Position numbers and translations under genes: made by a program. Below, piece after piece: positions 62,720-64,000 of a stretch of 64,000 nt of DNA. The stretch is from contig NC_043012.1 in NCBI RefSeq assembly GCF_006345805.1, positions 3,720,001 to 3,784,000 of the forward strand. Direction: 5' to 3'. This stretch comes from Octopus sinensis. Taxonomy: Eukaryota. Position 1 is the stretch's first letter. Each line of letters begins with the position of its first letter. The notes beneath the pieces were generated by a model. It was not told where the DNA came from. It did not search any database and saw nothing but the letters and a program-made list of their open reading frames with translations.

Positions 62720-63975
62720 TATCATCATCATCATCATCATATTAGCGTCCGTTTTCCATGCTAGCATGGTTGGACGGTCAACTGGGGTCTGGGGAGCCCG
62801 AAGCTGCCCAGCCAGTCAGATCTGGCAGTGTTTCTACAGCTGGATGCCCTTCCTAACGCCAACCACTCGAGAGTGTAGTGGGTGATTTTATGTGCCACGA
62901 CACAGGTGCCAGACGAGGCTGGCGAACGGCCACGCTCGGATGGTTGTTTTTATGTGCACCGACACAGGTGCCAGACGAGGCTGGCAGACGGCCACGCTCG
63001 GATGGTGTTTTTATGTGCCACCGACACAGGTGCCAGATGAGGCTGGCGGACGGCCACGATCGGATGGTGTTTGTTACGTCCCCAAAGCACGGAGGCCAGT
63101 CTATGCGGTACTGGCTACGGCCACGTTCGGATGATTTTCTTGTGTGCCACCGGCACTGGTACCACAAAGATACAAATTCCATTTTGTTCATCTATTTTGA
63201 TTTGTTTTGATTTGATTTGATTTTCACTTGCCTCAACAGGTCTTCACAAGTGTCACTTGCCTCAACAGGTCTTCACAAGTGTCACAAGAAGGAAGGTATG
63301 CACAGGTGGACTGTCTGCGTCGCGGGTCTTCGGATGGTGTCTTTATGTGCCCCGACACAGGTGCCAGATGTGGCTGGCGAACGGCCACGATCGGATGGTT
63401 TTCTTGTGTGCCACCGGTACTGGAACCACAAAGATACAAATTCCATTGATGTTCATCTATTTGATTTGGTTTGATTTTCACTTGCCTCAACAGGTCTTCA
63501 CAAGTGTCACGCGTGTCACACACTTGCCTCAACAGGTCTCCACAAGTGTCACACACTTGCCTCTGCCTCAACAGGTCTTCACAAAGTGTCACACACTTGC
63601 CTCTGCCTCAACAGGTCTTCACAAGTGTCATAAGAGGGAAGGTATGCACAGGTGGACTGACTATGTCGCCGGGTCTTTGGATGGTGTTTTTATGTGCCAC
63701 CGACACAGGTGCCAGGTGAGGCTGGCGAACGGCCACGATCAGATGGTGTTTGTTGTGCCCACAGCACGGAGGCCAGTCGATGCGGTACCAGCTACGGCCA
63801 CTTCGGATGGTTTTCTTGTGTGCCACCGGTACTGGAACCACAAAGATACAAATTCCATTGATATTCATCTATTTTGATTTGGTTTGATTTTCACTTGCCT
63901 CAACAGGTCTTCACAAGTGTCACACACTTGCCTCAACAGGTCTTCACAAGTGTCATAAGAGGAAGGTATGCACAT
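62720..63975 (-). mobile_element. Long family C element with a composite higher-order tandem array
   Basis: Tail at 62720, several ~62-bp units, then three blocks containing 2, 4 and 2 copies of CACTTGCCTCAACAGGTCTTCACAAGTGT. Confidence 0.7.
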
Positions 63976-64000
63976 ATATATAATATATATGTGTGTATAT

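Noticed and set aside
63225-63282. Possible hammerhead in the 29-bp unit (minus strand TGAAGA-CCT-GTTG-AGG-CAAG)
   Set aside because: Lacks C3 (GUGAAGA) and GAAA, and stem II has the wrong closing pair.
56366-64000. Search for Homer exon 3 (AIINSTI..FGQW)
   Set aside because: No matching frame with splice sites found; it presumably lies beyond the window.

Overview
AT-rich, repeat-dense eukaryotic (metazoan) DNA. The repeat families look like those of Octopus/coleoid cephalopods (recognised from memory, not searched). Only one protein-coding exon is well supported: 56206-56365 (+), encoding the N-terminal half of a divergent Homer-family EVH1 domain (EQPLFSCRAHVFHMGDQESKKHWIQISKTAAVVHFYYDNARATYRIISVEDSK). 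Its intron positions match those of vertebrate HOMER exon 2. Three upstream ATG+donor segments are in the phase (2) needed to splice to it: 3650-3657 (MPG), 3902-3945 and 50274-50290. Most of the window is therefore probably a very long first intron (up to ~52.5 kb) of a Homer gene; I found no exon 3 in the window. The intron holds at least four SINE-like families (my labels A-D), Tc1/mariner, pogo, hAT and piggyBac-type MITEs, a Helentron-like element, decayed RTE, CR1/L2, RLE (R4/Dong-like) and Penelope fragments, microsatellites and three GC-rich tandem arrays. The most unusual signals are degenerate Penelope-type minimal hammerhead ribozyme motifs (one behind a tRNA-like Pol III head), tandem arrays sharing the SINE-core octamer GGCAAGTG, and closely spaced inverted SINE pairs. 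Nearly all long ORFs in the supplied track are microsatellite or minisatellite artefacts. There is no CRISPR array, rRNA or intact tRNA. Repeat boundaries are approximate, within a few to tens of bases.
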